Part shown: piece after piece, positions 63,208-64,000 of the stretch
How the letters are laid out: every line of letters starts with the position of its first letter
Position numbering within the stretch: position 1 is the stretch's first letter
DNA from: Podarcis bocagei
Taxonomy: Eukaryota
Direction: 5' to 3' (one strand)
Assembly (NCBI GenBank): GCA_964188305.1
Contig: OZ076885.1
DNA: 64,000 nt
Program-made: the position numbers and the translations under genes
The notes under the pieces: model-generated
The model's database searches: none
What the model saw: the letters and a program-made list of their open reading frames with translations, nothing else
What the model was told of the DNA's origin: nothing

Positions 63208-63772
63208 GAGGAAGAGGCCCTCATTTGCCTCCCAGAGCTACAATTCCCACAGTTCCCTGGGAAGAGGGATTGTTAAACCCCTCTGGGAACTGAAGCTCTG
63301 TGAGAGGAATAAGGGTCTCCTAACAGAGAACAATTTCTGTTCTTATCCTGAAGCAAAGTTCTTAACCTGAAGCACTATTTCTGGGTTAGCGGAGTCTGTA
63401 ACCTGAAGCGTATGTAATCTGAGGTACCACTGTACTAAAATGTGTATATTAGGGGACAGTGTGCCAACCCCCCCCCAACCCCAAACATAGATTAGCTAAA
63501 AAAAAAATCACACACACAATGCATTATTTTAGGGGAAACTGCTTGCAAAAATGGTTATGCAACCAAAATGATATTTCAAAGGAGAAATTCACACCTGGTG
63601 GGTTTTCATGAGGAAACAAAGGTTCTTTTGTGAAGTGCAGCCTGGGTTTTAATAGAGAGACATGAAGGGACAGAAACATGATAATAGCATGGAACAATTT
63701 TCCTGCAGTGAGTTATCTCTCCTGGCTTGTAATACTTGTAAAGGGTCACTGCTGTTTTGCTCATTTCATACC

Positions 63773-64000
63773 TCGGGCCCAGTATACTTGAAGGAGCGTC
63801 TCCACCCCCATCACTCAGCCTGGACACTGAGGTCCTCCTCTGAGGGTCTTCTGGTGGTTCCCTCACTGTGAAAAGTGAGGTTACAGGGAACGAGGCAGAG
63901 GGCCTTCTCTGCAGTGGCGCCCTCCCTGTGGAGAGGCCAGGGAGATAAAGAACTACACAACTTCTAGAAGACATCTGAAGGCACTCCTGTATCAGGATGT
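63773..64000 (+). mobile_element. L2 fragment running off window end
   Basis: GPVYLKERLHPHHSAWTLRSSSEGLLVVPSL. Confidence 0.85.

Overview
Vertebrate genomic DNA, most likely a lacertid lizard (inferred from Sauria/Squam1, Squam2 and Squam3 SINEs, Bov-B and young L2 elements). It holds two convergent genes. On the + strand is the 3' portion of CDC42BPB (MRCK-beta): 23 constitutive coding exons from 299 to 38958, all GT-AG and phase-consistent, covering coiled coil, C1, PH, CNH, CRIB and tail, then a ~1.8 kb 3'UTR ending at AATAAA 40772. On the - strand are the last three coding exons of AMN (amnionless), encoding the TM helix and two NPxF/Y endocytosis motifs, with AATAAA at 53080-53085. This matches the mammalian AMN-CDC42BPB synteny. 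The rest is intronic or intergenic and rich in transposons. The main finding is an in-frame 174-nt cassette exon (33322-33495), absent from the ORF track, that encodes a second CRIB motif (ISPPTGFEHVYHM) directly after the canonical CRIB exon. It resembles the alternative CRIB2 exon of the paralogue MRCK-alpha and is not in canonical human MRCK-beta as I recall it. Other findings: a 51-nt cassette exon, candidate short alternative C-terminal or poison exons, four miR-142-3p seed matches in the 3'UTR, two decayed Penelope hammerhead ribozymes and a Bov-B nested in a solo LTR. Exon numbers are counted back from the 37-exon human gene and are approximate. All homology calls come from recall, not database searches.
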